From positions 4,033,241 to 4,097,240 of the forward strand of contig OZ316899.1 in the NCBI GenBank assembly GCA_973895155.1: DNA of 64,000 bases, read 5' to 3'. The notes under the pieces are model-generated. The model did not search any database. It was not told the DNA's origin and was given only the letters and a program-made list of their open reading frames with translations. The position numbers and the translations under genes were made by a program. The DNA comes from Marsupella aquatica (lineage: Eukaryota > Plantae > Marchantiophyta). Each line of letters starts with the position of its first letter. Position 1 is the stretch's first letter. Shown piece after piece: positions 23,167-35,545 of this stretch.

Positions 23167-26100
23167 ATGGACACTCGTCTCTTTATCGGTTCATGGAATG
23201 TTTGTGGCTTATTTGAAACCAATCGGAAACACATTGTGAAAAACTGGATTACCTTGCTCAAAACTCCATTGATTGCTCTAGCACTACAAGAGGTTAAAGC
23301 TGATAGGTTTCGTTTAGACTTAGCTTTACGTACTATTCTACCTTCCTATCAACATCTTTCTGCTGAGTCTGATGAGGGCAAGGGTGGCACTTCCCTGCTG
23401 GTGCACCCTTCGTTTCAAATCACTCAATCCGGTATCATTGACAAGGGCAGAGCAGTCTAGGTCAAAGGTAAACTTGCAGAAGGACATTTGGGGATTGTGA
23501 GTATTTATGCTCCCAATACCCCCAGAGAGCGGGCTATTTTGTGGCACGATTTAAAAATCACTCTACCTCAGGACAACTGGATCATTTGCGGAGATTTCAA
23601 CATGGTCGAAAGAAGTTCAGACTCCACCGGTCCTTCACCACTGCTCAAAGGAAGAGAAGCGGAATTCTGGAGGTTTTTCAAAATGAGATTCGACTTAGAA
23701 GATGCTGCCAACGTTACACAAGCCTTTCGGGGTGCGGAATTTACTTGGCGGCGTATCATAAACAACAAACTAGTGCAATCTTGACTAGATAGGTTCTATT
23801 TTAGTGGAAAAAGCTGGTGGACAGGAGCGGTGATCGACCTGCTACATGAAGGTGGAACGGCTCTATCTGATCATGACCCAGTTATTCTATGTTTTAGTCT
23901 CTCTCCTCCGGCTCTAGAAAGAAATGCGGCACAAAAATCCTCTTTCTTCAAGGTTAACGCCGGGCTACTCAAATTGAAAGGATTTATTGACAAACTAGCA
24001 GTGACCTGGACTTTGAGTGGAGTCACGGTTTCAGACCCGCACCTTCGCTTTTATCAAGCGAATCTACTTTTGAAAGACACATACAAGGAAGTTCAACACA
24101 CCCCGGGGGATTGCGAGAGGGATGTCTCCCTCCTGCGAGGAAAACTTTGAGTCCTGAAAGCTGCTCTTATAAACACTTTCACTGATACGGAGCTCAAAGA
24201 TTATTCTACCATTGAGGACCAGGTCCGTCCCAGCGGAACACGAAGACGCGCAACTAGGCAGAAGACTCTCACGGATCAGATGGCTGGGGCAAGGTGATGA
24301 ACCTTCAAAATTTTACTTCGCCACCATTGGGGCTAAAAGGTCTAGAGAATCGATGCCTTCTCTTCTGTTAGATAATGGGAACACTATCACTCAGGATGTG
24401 TTGATCTTACAAGAAGTAGAGAAGTAGTGCGCTCTTTTGTATGAGGCTCCTGAGGATTTGCGTAACAGTGAATCAAGGGAGGTCCGTAATGCTCGGTGCA
24501 AACTTCTTACGCATACTCACAAGAGTCTCACGGCAAAAGAAATCAGGAAACTAGAATCTCCGCCAACATTGGAGGAAATCCGTTGCACTCTTTGGCTACT
24601 TTCAGCGGACAAAGCTCCTGGTCCTGATGGCATCACTGTTGAGATATACAGATCTTGTTGGCATTTTATGAAGAATGATCTGTACGACATGATTCTCGAC
24701 TTTTGGAGAACAGGCACCCTCTCAGCTAATCTAAAGGAAGGCGTGATTAAGTTGATTCCTAAGAAACCTGACAAGCGGAGACTGAAGGATTGGCGCCCTC
24801 TAACAATGCTCAACACAATATACAAAATTGTAGCTAAGCTTTTGGCCTTAAGACTTAAACCGCTCCTCAATAAGCTCATAAGTCCCCAGCAAACCGGTTT
24901 TATTCCGGGCCGACATATATTAGAAAATATCTCTATTGCTTGGATGACTGTCGATTGGGTCTGTTCCCAGAAGACTAGTGCACTTTTCCTGCTTCTTGAT
25001 TTTGAAAAAGCATTTGATAGAGTATGTCACTCCTATATCTGGGAAGTTATGCATTTACTCGGTTTGGGTGGCCATTTCATTAGCCTGGTTAGATCCCTGC
25101 TTATTGGAGATTATTCCAAAGTTCACGTCAACGGTATGTTCTCTCAGGACATCAAGATGCTTAGAGGGGTTCGTCAAGGGTGTCCTCTTTCCCCCCTTCT
25201 CTTCGTTATTGCCACTCAACCGCTGATGGATTATTTGGACCACGAGATCCGTCAGGGCAGTTTCAGAGGCATTCAGATCTCTGAATCTCTAAACCCTAAA
25301 TTTGCAAACGACTTGGGAATGGTTATACCAGCTACCAAAGAGGACTTCAAGGGAGAAACTGAGGCATTAGCCTGCTACAAACTTGCCTCTGGTGCCAAGC
25401 TCAATCTTCGCAAATTGACGGTGATTCCTCTGACAACAGAAAATGTTCCCGAATGGCTTACGAACACTGGATGCAGAATTAGCCTTCCTGGCAAAATTCA
25501 GCGATATCTGGGTGCACCTCTTGGATGGTGCTTAATTGCCTCTCAAATTCACAAATTCTATCTTGACAAGCTAAGCGCCAGACTCTCTAGCTGGGCTACT
25601 CGTTTTCTATCATTTACAGGACGCACTATTCTCATTAAACATGTGTTACAAGCGATACCCATCTATCACATGATGTTCTTGTGCAGCCCCAACTCACTAG
25701 CCAAATCGATGGTTGCCTTATGCCGTGACTTCCTCTGGAATTACAATGCTGCTGGCGGTAGAAAGATTCCTCTGGTTGCATGGCAAACGATGGCCAGACC
25801 CAAAATTGATGGCGGTCTTGGCTTCAAAGATTTTAGAAGTCATTCAGATGCGCTACTATGCCAATGGTTTACTCGAGCGTTGGATACAAAGTTGTCTGAT
25901 TGGTCTTCCCTATTTGAAGCGAATCTTTGTATGGAAAAATGGAGGAATCCGAAACACATTCGGTGGAACAATTACTCTCTTTCCGATCTTTTATTACTCA
26001 GTTGTCCTCTTTCCTTTGGCCGCCTTCACTACACAGGGGGATTGTGGAAGGCTTGGGAATCACTACCTTCCCATCTTATTTTCTCCCCGGAAGCATCTAG

Positions 26101-27070
26101 TGTCGCTAGCTGGTGGAGCATTGAGGACGTACTTAGATGTTTTGGAATCTTTCAGCAGCTGGATGATCCTACTCTTTGCTCTATGATTAAGCTATTGGGA
26201 AGAATAGGTATCAGGAAAATAGCAGATCTTAGGGGAGAACATGACGTGGTCTTACATTACTACAATGGCAAACTGTCACGTATCAGAGGTTTTGAGTGGA
26301 GGATTCGGGAGCTGTGTCTGCTTTTCATCGGGAAAATCCAGGGCATTTCAGATGCGAGAGGCCCTCTCTGGTTTAGAGCCACACAATGGCGCTGGTCGGA
26401 CAAGGAGGAGCGGCTGGAAATTTTTTATTTGCCCAATGCACGGATGTATCATCTATTGAGACCTAAAGGCTCAGACTTTATCAGGCTCAACAGAATTTGG
26501 GGCCATTCACGCTCTGAACAGCAATGGAATAAGCTCTGGATCTCTCTATGGTCAACTAATCTTCCTCTCAAAGCTCGCACCTTTCTCTGGAGAATAGTAG
26601 CACAAGGTCTTTTTACCGGGGTTAGAGCTGTAAGGATCGGGAAAGGAGACGGCCACTGTTTGCTTTGCGCCAACGTTTTGGAGACGATCCCACATCTTTT
26701 TATTTCTTGCTCTTTTGCGCAACGCTGCTGGACTTTGGTTGGTCAAACTTTTATGGGTACTCTCAACTGGCAACAAGTCGATCTCTTTGCCACTCTGGAA
26801 CTACGTGGTCACCAGGGAGTCCATAAATCCCTCAAAATCTTCATGATTTTCCACACAATGTGGACTTTATGGCTGGCTAGAAATGAACAGGTTTTCAACT
26901 TTAGACAGACTCGTACCTTCAACATGAACCTGGTCTTGTCTGAACTTCTGGATTCTCTTCATGGTATTTGCGAGGCTTCAGGCCCTAGCAGAAAACATAC
27001 TAGACTTCTTAGGATTAAAGAATTAGTAGGTACGGAAAAAATTGAGATGGATTACGCGTACAGATGCTAG
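23167..27070 (+). pseudogene. LINE ORF2 (APE endonuclease, RT, zf-RVT), inactivated
   Basis: GSWNVCGL, ICGDFN, SDHDPV, KAPGPDG, WRPLTMLN, DFEKAFDRV, GVRQGCPLSP and CLLCANVLETIPHLFISC motifs. Several stops; the catalytic F/YADD reads FAND. Confidence 0.92.
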
Positions 27071-27291
27071 GCTCTATAGTTAAACACACACCTTAGGTCG
27101 ATAGGCAGTGGTATGATACTCTTTTTGGAGTGGTCCTCTTTGACATGGAGTTTTGGCAACTACTGGCCTTACTTTTTTGTCCTTTTTTGTCCTTTTCTGG
27201 CTTTGTCCATTTGCCTTGTTTGGCTTTGGCCCTCCTTCCCGTGGGTTTTTGTGGGTTTTATTGGAATTTTTTTTTTTAAATATATATATAT

Positions 27292-28385
27292 ATATAGCAG
27301 AGTTCCAAGAGTGCTCGCAACCTGTCTCTTGCATCCCTCCAGAGCTAGATCCCAAAAGGGAAGCTCAATCCAGACCGACAGCTTGGTAAATGTCTCATTT
27401 TTAATATCAAAGGAAGGGTCCCACAAGAAGGTGTACACATATCGCCGGTCCATCAACCAAGGAGCCAAATTAAGCGCCATGTCCCTATGGTCAGGATGCT
27501 CAAAGACAATCATATAGAATCCCTTTCCAACAAATTTGACTTGGAGAACAGACCAGTTCACTTGGCTCATCATCTCCTCCTCCAGCCAATCTCGGAATAC
27601 CTACAGTAGTGGCGGTCTATCCGTGAAATTGTTTTTGGCATTCAGCAAAGCTGTAGTCATGTTCCATTCCAATGTTGTGTACAGCTTCTTATCAAGGTTC
27701 CTCTTGGATCGTAGAGCAATGTTCTTTAGAATTCTCACACAAGCTTTAGATGGCTCCTCTGCCACTAGCTCTGGCCTCTCTTCCTGCTCCACTCCCTGCA
27801 TTCCTTTGTCCCTCCATCCAGCACCCAAATCTGCTCTATTATGCCTCCCTTCCAACTGTGTTCTCCCCTACTCCGCATTCTCCACCTTCATCTGATCCCC
27901 CCATGCTTGCAGCGCTTGCAAGTCCCCAATAACTCTGCTCCCATTGTCTACAATGCCTCCACCCCCCATCAGCGGGATTTCCCTCCTCTCCTCGTCATCC
28001 CTGCGAGCATCTTGCGCAAAGTAGCAATTCCCCTTCTCCCCTGCCCAGTGCCCGAATGCTCCCAGGCATGGCTGTCCCCGGCCACGTGAAGGTTGCCATC
28101 CTGCAATTTTGCAAGCATGTCCATAGGATGCACCCCTTGCTCCAACAATACTCTACCATGCATAGGAAGGCGACCCCCCCGTGAACCTCTAACACGGACC
28201 AGAGGCTCCACAATGCCATAGTAGTCCATCACTTCCACCTCTCTCCCCTCAATCACGATCGAGCAACAACAGGAATGCAACCAAGTTAACATATGTTCAA
28301 TCTTGCCAGACTTACCTTTTGCAAGCAGTGGACGGCCGAACAGTATCCTTCCCCTTGTTGCCTTTCTTCACGTAAGCCGCAGTGA
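27292..28385 (-). pseudogene. 5' half of ORF1 of the host LINE
   Basis: VKFVGKGFYMIVFEHPDHRDMALNLAPW...LSVWIELPFW is homologous to ORF1 at 21531-21818. Confidence 0.75.
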
Positions 28386-28389
28386 ATTG

Positions 28390-31300
28390 TGTGAAGCCGC
28401 CGGTACGGCGAGTAATGAGTAATTCGGTCTAAACCGCGATTAGCACGTGCGTTAGGGGTATCTTAGGCCACTATTATTAGCATAACGACAGTATTTAGGT
28501 AACCATTATGAGTATGAAATTATTAGTCAAGAAGGGGAATTCATGTTTGGACTGGCGGCGTGTCGCCATTCGCACGCCCGGGTTGCAAGCGTGGAGGGGC
28601 CCCTCCCTCGGGTCCATATAATGAACTTAGGGAAGCGGCCACTGACACGCGCTGACTCAGACCGGCGGAGTGGCCGGTACACTACAAGCGTGAACGGCTC
28701 AGCCTATAAGCAACGAGGAGACGTCGGGTGATCGACGAGCCCTCAAGGTATAAAAGGGGAGCCGACCCTTTGTAGTGCACCAGTCCATCAGTCCACGCGC
28801 CACCTTTGACCCCAGCTCTCTCGTTTGCTCTTAGTCGCCATTGCTTTCTCCTCTGAATGTCGCACACGATCCTCTCCAGTTCGGCCATTCGATTCTAGAT
28901 GCAGTTCCTATCTACTGGAAGACACTTGGCCGACTCATTGAAAAATGCCAACCCGCGCCGATACAAAATCAAACGTGAGTACGAGAGAGCCATCCGCCTA
29001 GCAAGACGACACCACTATATCCTTAACTTTGACTACCCGTCTCAGAGCAAGCTTTACCGACCAGCAGAGGTATCAGGGTACTTCTTCAACGGAGACAAAT
29101 ATATCGGTTTTTGGGAAGCATTGCTTTGGCTTTCGGACGAGGTCTTCAATATCCCGGGTACGATCGACTTGCAACGGCATCACTTTGACCACATCCCTGC
29201 TTAGGTTTGTGCTATCATCAACAGCGAGTCCAACACTACCCGTTCGACAAGGCAGTCTGCACTTGCTTTGGAGAACTTCTACCAGCACATGCAGAGCTTC
29301 ATGGGAACTAGACCCTCAACCGCCGGCGCCGGCCCAGTCAACCCCATACCCGTATCCGCGCCAACGCAGGCTCAGGCTCAGCAAGCCTCAGTCTCAGCCT
29401 TAGCCTAGCCAACCCCCACCGCCGATTGCCCCGCCAGTACAAGTACGCTCCATCATCAACGCTATGGACCTTAGCAACAACGACGAGGCTACCCCACCCT
29501 TGCTCAGGCGGCCCAGAAGAGCGAACACTCAGGGGGCCGATACTACATCGTCCCCTCCCCATGTCCGGACCCAAGGAGCGGCTCCAGCAGACAACACGGT
29601 GACCATGGCCGCCCCGGGCCCAATACTAACGGCGGTAGCACTACCTATGCCCGATCGAGAGGATGGGGAGGTGTCACCCTCCCCGAGCCAGTCACGGGGG
29701 AAGAAGAGGAAGGAACCCGCTGCTGCATCCGGGTTACCAATGGCCACGGTAGCCGCGGCCAAGGTGACAATGCACTGCATGGGGAAAAACGTGCATAAAA
29801 ACATCCTCCATCCCAAACATGCGGTGTACCTGAAAACTCAGGGATTCGAGCACCTCGCCTCTCTCCCCTGGAACACTTGCAGATACTATGAGGAGGACAT
29901 GACGGAATTCGTCAAGAATTATGACGACGCACGTCAACATACTCGGCTGCGGGGAAGGAATATGTCCCTCACGGAAAAATGGCTCAAGATGATCTTTGGG
30001 TTACCCGAAGGTGACCACCGAGTCAAATCATGGGCTCCCGGGGGCAAGGGAGCCAAGTACCAATCCTTGAGTTTTCCCTCCAAGGGATCAGTGGACAACA
30101 GGTTTGTGATGAGGACCTGCCTCATCCCCGAGATAACTGAGCGACTGGAGTTCCAAAGGTACGCCCTCCACATGATGGAACCCCGGGGGAGATCTCCGCT
30201 GCTCAGGTTATCCAGGTCGAGAACTATCGACCTAGGAAGTGGGCATCGTACTTCGCTAAGAAATTCCATGAAGAGATGGAGCGGCAAAGAAAGACGCTTT
30301 ACATTGGCGGGAAGGCGTATTTTGCTAGCCACATCAAGATCATTCTCGAGTGGTACGCTCGGTTTGATCGACGAACCCTTCCCCGTGTCAACGTAACAAA
30401 GCTGGTCCCAGCTAGGTGGGTTTTCCCGGCCTTGGAGAGACGGCCCCAACCCGAGGCCCGAAGTCCAGCGGCCACGCAGGCTTCACCCACCCCACCTCCA
30501 CAAGTAGCTGTAGCCATGGCCGAGGAGGTACCGGATGGGTCGGTAATCCCAACCGTAGATGCGATCAACCAGGCCGGGCCAAGTACAGAAGTTGGGACAG
30601 CGGAGGCCTTACTCGAGCCCGGGTCTCCCGAAGACCCACCGGTGGCTATTCTGGAGGACCGGACATTGCTGGAGGAGGACACTCCAACCCCTTCCAACAC
30701 TACGTCTCCAAGGCTGGATGTCACTGCCCCAGCCCCCGCGCGTGTTGACGTCTGCCCGTGCCCAAATCCGGACAGGCACAACCTGGACCACCCGGAACTC
30801 TTCGTACCAGGTACATTTCTGAACGGGCTTCTGGGAGATTTCTCTCATCAAATTTCCCGGGATATCGGGGAGTTCATGGCCCGGAAGGTAGCCTGTTTCT
30901 TCAATCAGGAGTTGGTTGTCGTAGTAAAGGCAGGTCGGGCCCAGTCAGAGGCCCTTCAGAGGATAGAGCGGTACCGGGTGGAGTCCGTATACTTAAAGAA
31001 CAAAGTTGCGACTCAAGAGGCTGAGCTTCTGCAACTACAACCCAAAGTTGCAGCCGCGGATGAGTTGTTAGCAAAGGCGCACGCCCTTACCGCCCTAGCC
31101 GAACAGGCCAAAGCTGGGAACGAGGTTGAGATTGCACGACTCCGGAACCAGATTGACAGTTTGAAGAATCAAACTGTCATCTGGCAGAAAGACCTGGAGG
31201 AGGCCGAAGAGCGGGCCCAGCGGGACACTACAGAGATAGCCACACTACAGGCCAAAATAGCGCGGCTTCAAACTGAAGCCGAGAAGCAGGACCAGTTGGT

Positions 31301-31780
31301 GGGCAAGCTGACGAGCAACGCCCAGCAGCTGGAGGAGACAGCGGAGGAGACGGACGCGGCGAAGCGAGAGAACGAATCTCTGCTAGACCAGGTCCAGCTC
31401 CTCAAGGCAGACAACGACAGACTTTGTAAGCAGCGGGATGGCCGCTCCCACTCGGGCGGCTCTGGCAAGCGTGCCAGGTATTAGCGACGGAGTAGGAATA
31501 GAATAGGGTTAGGAATAGCTAAATCAGGCTATTGGGACAGGAACCTGCCCTAGTTAGAGCAGCACCGCCATGCTGTCCAGCCTGCGTAGGTTAGGATCTT
31601 CTAATAAGACACAGCCGTTTTTTGGCTTGACAGTCAGATTAGTTAGGACCTAAGTCAGCGAATCTTCGGGCAGGAGGACACTCTGTTCCTCGGCCCTTAG
31701 TATTTAGTGCACCCCTCGGTAGAGGCGGGGGGGGGGTTTTAGTCTCAGTGTTGGACATCCGCGGTATGTGCGGGGAGTCC
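28390..31780 (+). mobile_element. ORF-bearing unit, family F2, 3'-truncated copy
   Basis: Starts TGTGAAGCCGCCGGTACGGCG and is an inverted homolog of about 40025-43421. TATAAAA near 28749. Homology stops at about 31780. Confidence 0.85.
28857..31484 (+). pseudogene. Disrupted copy of the 878-aa F2 ORF
   Basis: Collinear with 40319-42955; several premature stops and at least one frameshift. Confidence 0.85.
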
Positions 31781-32283
31781 TCTATCCTCCGCTCAAACTC
31801 TCCTCCAATGTGAATCCTATGCAATGCTACCGCCAACAATTGCCACAGAGGGAGAACTACTTCCGCGCCACCCCAATCGGGACCCCAATTAAGAGGGCCC
31901 AGTCCCCCCCATGTTTGGTTCCACAGACTCTGTCACGTGGTCACCTCCTCAATCCACCCTAATCCCTCAGACACAGCTCAAGAGCGGATCCCCAACATGG
32001 CAATGTCAAGAGCGCGCAAGAACAACCTCATTCACGAGCTGATTGCCTTGCATTCCACTCCACACCCCTTGAGAAGCAATACCCACACTCGATCCAACAT
32101 GGAAGGGTCCAAAATGCCCAAGAGAGAGCACAAGTCAGTGTCGCCCTAGCGCATTCCAAGTTTTTGTCAGTCGCCAAGCCTCACCCTTGTGATTTTTGGG
32201 GGGTTTTTAAGCCTAGCTACAATATTTCCTCTTTTTGAAAGATGAGTGCTTGGAATTTGTTAGTCTTTGGGTTATAGCATTTG

Positions 32284-32627
32284 TGTTGAACATAGACCAC
32301 ATTCACAACAACAAGCCCATGACACACCCAACACGCAAGTAATCGACACAAGAGATACGTGGTTCACCTCCTCGAGGTTACGTCCACGGGAACACACAAG
32401 ATAGTTTTACTGAACTCTAAGCCCGTTGGCCATACCAAGTCTCCATAGTGTAAGCTCTCATCATCTCTCAAGTGGCTCTGTAACAATGAGCCTTAGTTCC
32501 ACTTGTCCTAGCAAGCACCGCTTAAGATATAGTGTGTAACTTATTTAACCTAACCTCATCTTTGACTATGATTAGCTTAACTACAGTTACATGTTGTAAC
32601 CCTAGTCGTAAGAGTAAATACTTGACA
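32284..32627. mobile_element. Solo LTR (344 bp), copia-like
   Basis: TGTTGAAC...CTTGACA with TSD ATTTG (32279-32283 / 32628-32632). Contains a CACAAGAGATACGTGGTTC...ACGTCCACGG motif typical of reverse-strand copia LTRs. Confidence 0.85.
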
Positions 32628-32867
32628 ATTTGTGGACACAAAATTAGGTGTGCATATTGATAGCAAGGCAATCTTCATTTTGGTGAGTCCTTGATAACAG
32701 CAAAACAAATCAAGGAAAACTAGAAATTTATGCTAATGTAAGGGGAAGTTCTCCTCATACTAGAAGAAAATGCCTGATTTGAGGACAATTTTACTATTGA
32801 CTAACATGATTTGTATACTCCAACTGTTGCAATCATCTTCTTTTAGAATCATAGCCTTCTTTAATTG

Positions 32868-33186
32868 GGGTATTTACAAACGATAAGAAATAGCAAACAA
32901 TAACTGGAAACAAAAATTGGTAATAGGAAAATGAATGGTAATTTTTTTGAATTTTTTTGGGGGCAGAAATAAGTTGTTGTTTTTTTGGCCGACAACATTT
33001 TTTTGCTAGCGCTCAAAGCTAGCCAAGAAAGGTTGTAATTTAAATGTTATCGGAAAATATGACTTTTTAGAAAATATTTTGACATTGTCATTTTTCCTGG
33101 TAATAGTAATTTTTTGCTAGTAATAGTAAAATTTTTGCTGGTACTAGTAAACCTGTTTCCTGTTTACTTTCACGCGTGCCATACCC
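32868..33186. mobile_element. Mutator-type MITE with short TIR
   Basis: GGGTAT...ATACCC ends; perfect 9-bp TSD CTTTAATTG; homologous to 53033-53334. Confidence 0.85.
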
Positions 33187-33837
33187 CTTTAATTGAACTA
33201 GAGAAATTTTCTTGACTCTAAACCTTTTATGATAACTTTCTAGAAAATCAGTATCACAACATGAGTTTACTTGTCTTTCTTGTTTGAAGGGCCATCTAAT
33301 GGATGTTGTGGTAATGTGATAGCAAGCAAAGGCCCTATTCATTTGGATGTTTTTAAAGTGCATACTGTAATAATGTGATATGCAAGTGATAGTTTTCTTG
33401 GACATATTGGTCTTGCTCTTTTGGGGAAATTCTTTGATGGACACTAGGCACCAAAGCAGCCAGCAGGAGTGATAGTTGTGTTTCGCATCTTGTCTAAATA
33501 TTGCAGAGCAAAGCACACCAACTAATCTGATCTGGTATACGGTATTTTTCAAAACCTACCACGCTCTTTGTTGAATTGAATATTGTTTACATCTTCCCAC
33601 AATTGGCTGTATTTTCTCTGTGTCTAGCCATAAAGTAAACAGGTCTCCTGTTTGTGCCATCAATCATCTCCAGTTTTTTCAACAAGCATACTAGTGCCTA
33701 AAACATGTGGGAGAATTTTCACTGGGCATTGAACTTAAAGTTTTATGATTGCTACAAGGAGGTACTGAATTCTAGTGAGCACAACTGGTACACCTCAAAA
33801 CCAATATCATTTCATGTTCCCCCATAAGGATACTCCC

Positions 33838-34074
33838 CTACAGGCTTTGATGGAAGTCATGCTGTCTTGAAGAGTCTGTCTTTGTCACTACCTCCCAGCC
33901 AGGGCCTTTGATAGGGAAAACAAGCCTTGGAATAGGTGTGTGATCCTTCATGCCAAAACACAAATCTGATCTATCAAGGGCTCTCAGGAGGTCAGCGTCA
34001 CTTATTTCTGAGCTTTGTATGCAGTCTTCTTCAATGTCTCTGTCCTGCCGAAGCAGAGCAAGGAGGTCATATTC
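33838..34074 (-). CDS. DDM1: DDM1-type SNF2 remodeller, terminal coding exon
   Basis: GTGCAG acceptor. EYDLLALL...ISDADLLRALDRSDL...FPIKGPGWEVV matches the DDM1 C-terminal signature as I recall it (ISDADLDRLLDRSDL...FPVKGPGWEVV). Confidence 0.85.
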   Translation of the reverse strand, partial: EYDLLALLRQDRDIEEDCIQSSEISDADLLRALDRSDLCFGMKDHTPIPRLVFPIKGPGWEVVTKTDSSRQHDFHQSL

Positions 34075-34202
34075 CTGCACATGAAAAAAAGTCAGGTCAA
34101 CTATTCTTTCAATTAGAATGATATGGTGCACACTCTAACCAGAAAATAATGATTAAAAGAAGGTCGACACAACAATAAGCAGCATGTAAAAGAAACTGGT
34201 AC

Positions 34203-34307
34203 CTCTAGCTTGGTCCTGGGTGCATAATGTTCTTGTTTGAACTGCCCTTTCTCAATGACCATGTGTTCTAGATACATTTTACAGTTAGCCACCCGTATCA
34301 TCTTACA
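34203..34307 (-). CDS. DDM1: DDM1-type remodeller, penultimate exon (35 aa)
   Basis: AACAG acceptor, GTACC donor, phase 0; [14 protein letters not shown]. Confidence 0.85.
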
Positions 34308-34462
34308 CTGTTTAGAGAAAAAGCAAGCTGAAATATCTCAGTGACAATGGTTTGAGTCATGATTTTTATCAGGAAGGAGTCTAAAATCTTGAAAATCAGC
34401 TGATCATGTCTAAACCAAGTGTTGGAAAACACAAACCAACAAGGCTTTGAATGTTTATAAAC

Positions 34463-34561
34463 CTCTATTGATTTTGCTGTTACAAGCCTGTAGACGTGCA
34501 CTGGTTTCTCCTGACCAATCCTATGACAACGGTCCATTGCTTGCAGGTCCATCTGAGGATT
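34463..34561 (-). CDS. DDM1: DDM1-type remodeller, helicase motif VI exon (33 aa)
   Basis: TTCAG acceptor, GT donor, phase 0; [33 protein letters not shown]. Confidence 0.9.
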
Positions 34562-34919
34562 CTGAAGGACAAGATTGGCAATTTTATGAGTAGAAATTAT
34601 GCAAATCCAGGACCCTAAGGCAAGAAACTGTTACTGGTTATCAGACCTTGAGCATTGGGCAGGAAGGGGGGAGATTATCCCAAGTTATCATTTCTCTTTC
34701 TATTTTCACTTAGAGTAGTAAACTATCAAGATAGACCAAGACAAACCCACAATTGGCCTCTTTATTGAAGCAGCCCAAGAAGCTACCTAAAAACCAATGT
34801 GATAACTTCAATATCATCCCAGACTATCTTACAAAATACTTTTGGCTAAAGTTTTGAAGCTCCCTTTGAGATCTCAAGTTGTAAAAGACTAAGTAATTGT
34901 AGCATGTCTATGACTATCT

Positions 34920-35520
34920 CACTAGTAGAAAAGACCCCCCAAAATGACAGCACTTAGGACTAGGGTATGACTCAATTGTGACTGCATTTCACTTGAGTCA
35001 AGTCTAAGACTCAAGTCAAGCCACTCAATAAGTCACTCGAATGACTCTTGTGGGAGTCATTAATAATTACATTGTGCAGTTCCATCTAGAGTCTCCCCAA
35101 TCATAACAAATGGCTCAATATATTAGTCATGATTAAATAGTAGAGATTGACTCCAAGAGTCATAAGTAACAAACCTCTTAGTTTTACTTAAAGACTAGTA
35201 ATTATAATGGTTATAATTAATTACTCCTGTAGTCATTCATATTGAATCAAGGAGTCATACACAAGTGATGATATTAGTTGCAATTACTGACGACATGAAT
35301 GATATGAGTAATAGTTAACAAATATTTGGAATGACTCACACTAATAGATATCCACCAAGAAAGAGATTTTGTAAGATTTTGTAGAGTCACAAGTGACACA
35401 AGTAATGAGACTAAATCATCTTAGATGGGAGAGTTGACAATCATCAGATCATTGAATGAGTTCATGTAGGGCCAAGTTAACATAAGAACACAAATACAAA
35501 CACACAAAACAAAACAAAAC
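34920..35520. mobile_element. Left terminus of a CACTA element
   Basis: Begins CACTAGTAGAAAA, followed by many GACTC/GAGTC subterminal repeats. Right end not in window. Confidence 0.75.
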
Positions 35521-35545
35521 AAAAATGTTAGATAGCTCAATCAAT

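Larger units (their letters stand above)
20453..27291 (+). mobile_element. Full-length L1-type LINE (6.8 kb) ending in a (TA)n tail
   Basis: 13-bp TSD ATATAGCAGAGTT (20440-20452 / 27292-27304); 5' GAGAGCTG repeats; ORF1 and ORF2; T-rich 3' UTR, then (TA)n. Confidence 0.93.

Noticed and set aside
14805-34932. Two CACTAGTAGAAAA TIRs as ends of one element
   Set aside because: They face away from each other, their flanking triplets differ (ATA vs TCT) and their subterminal repeats differ.
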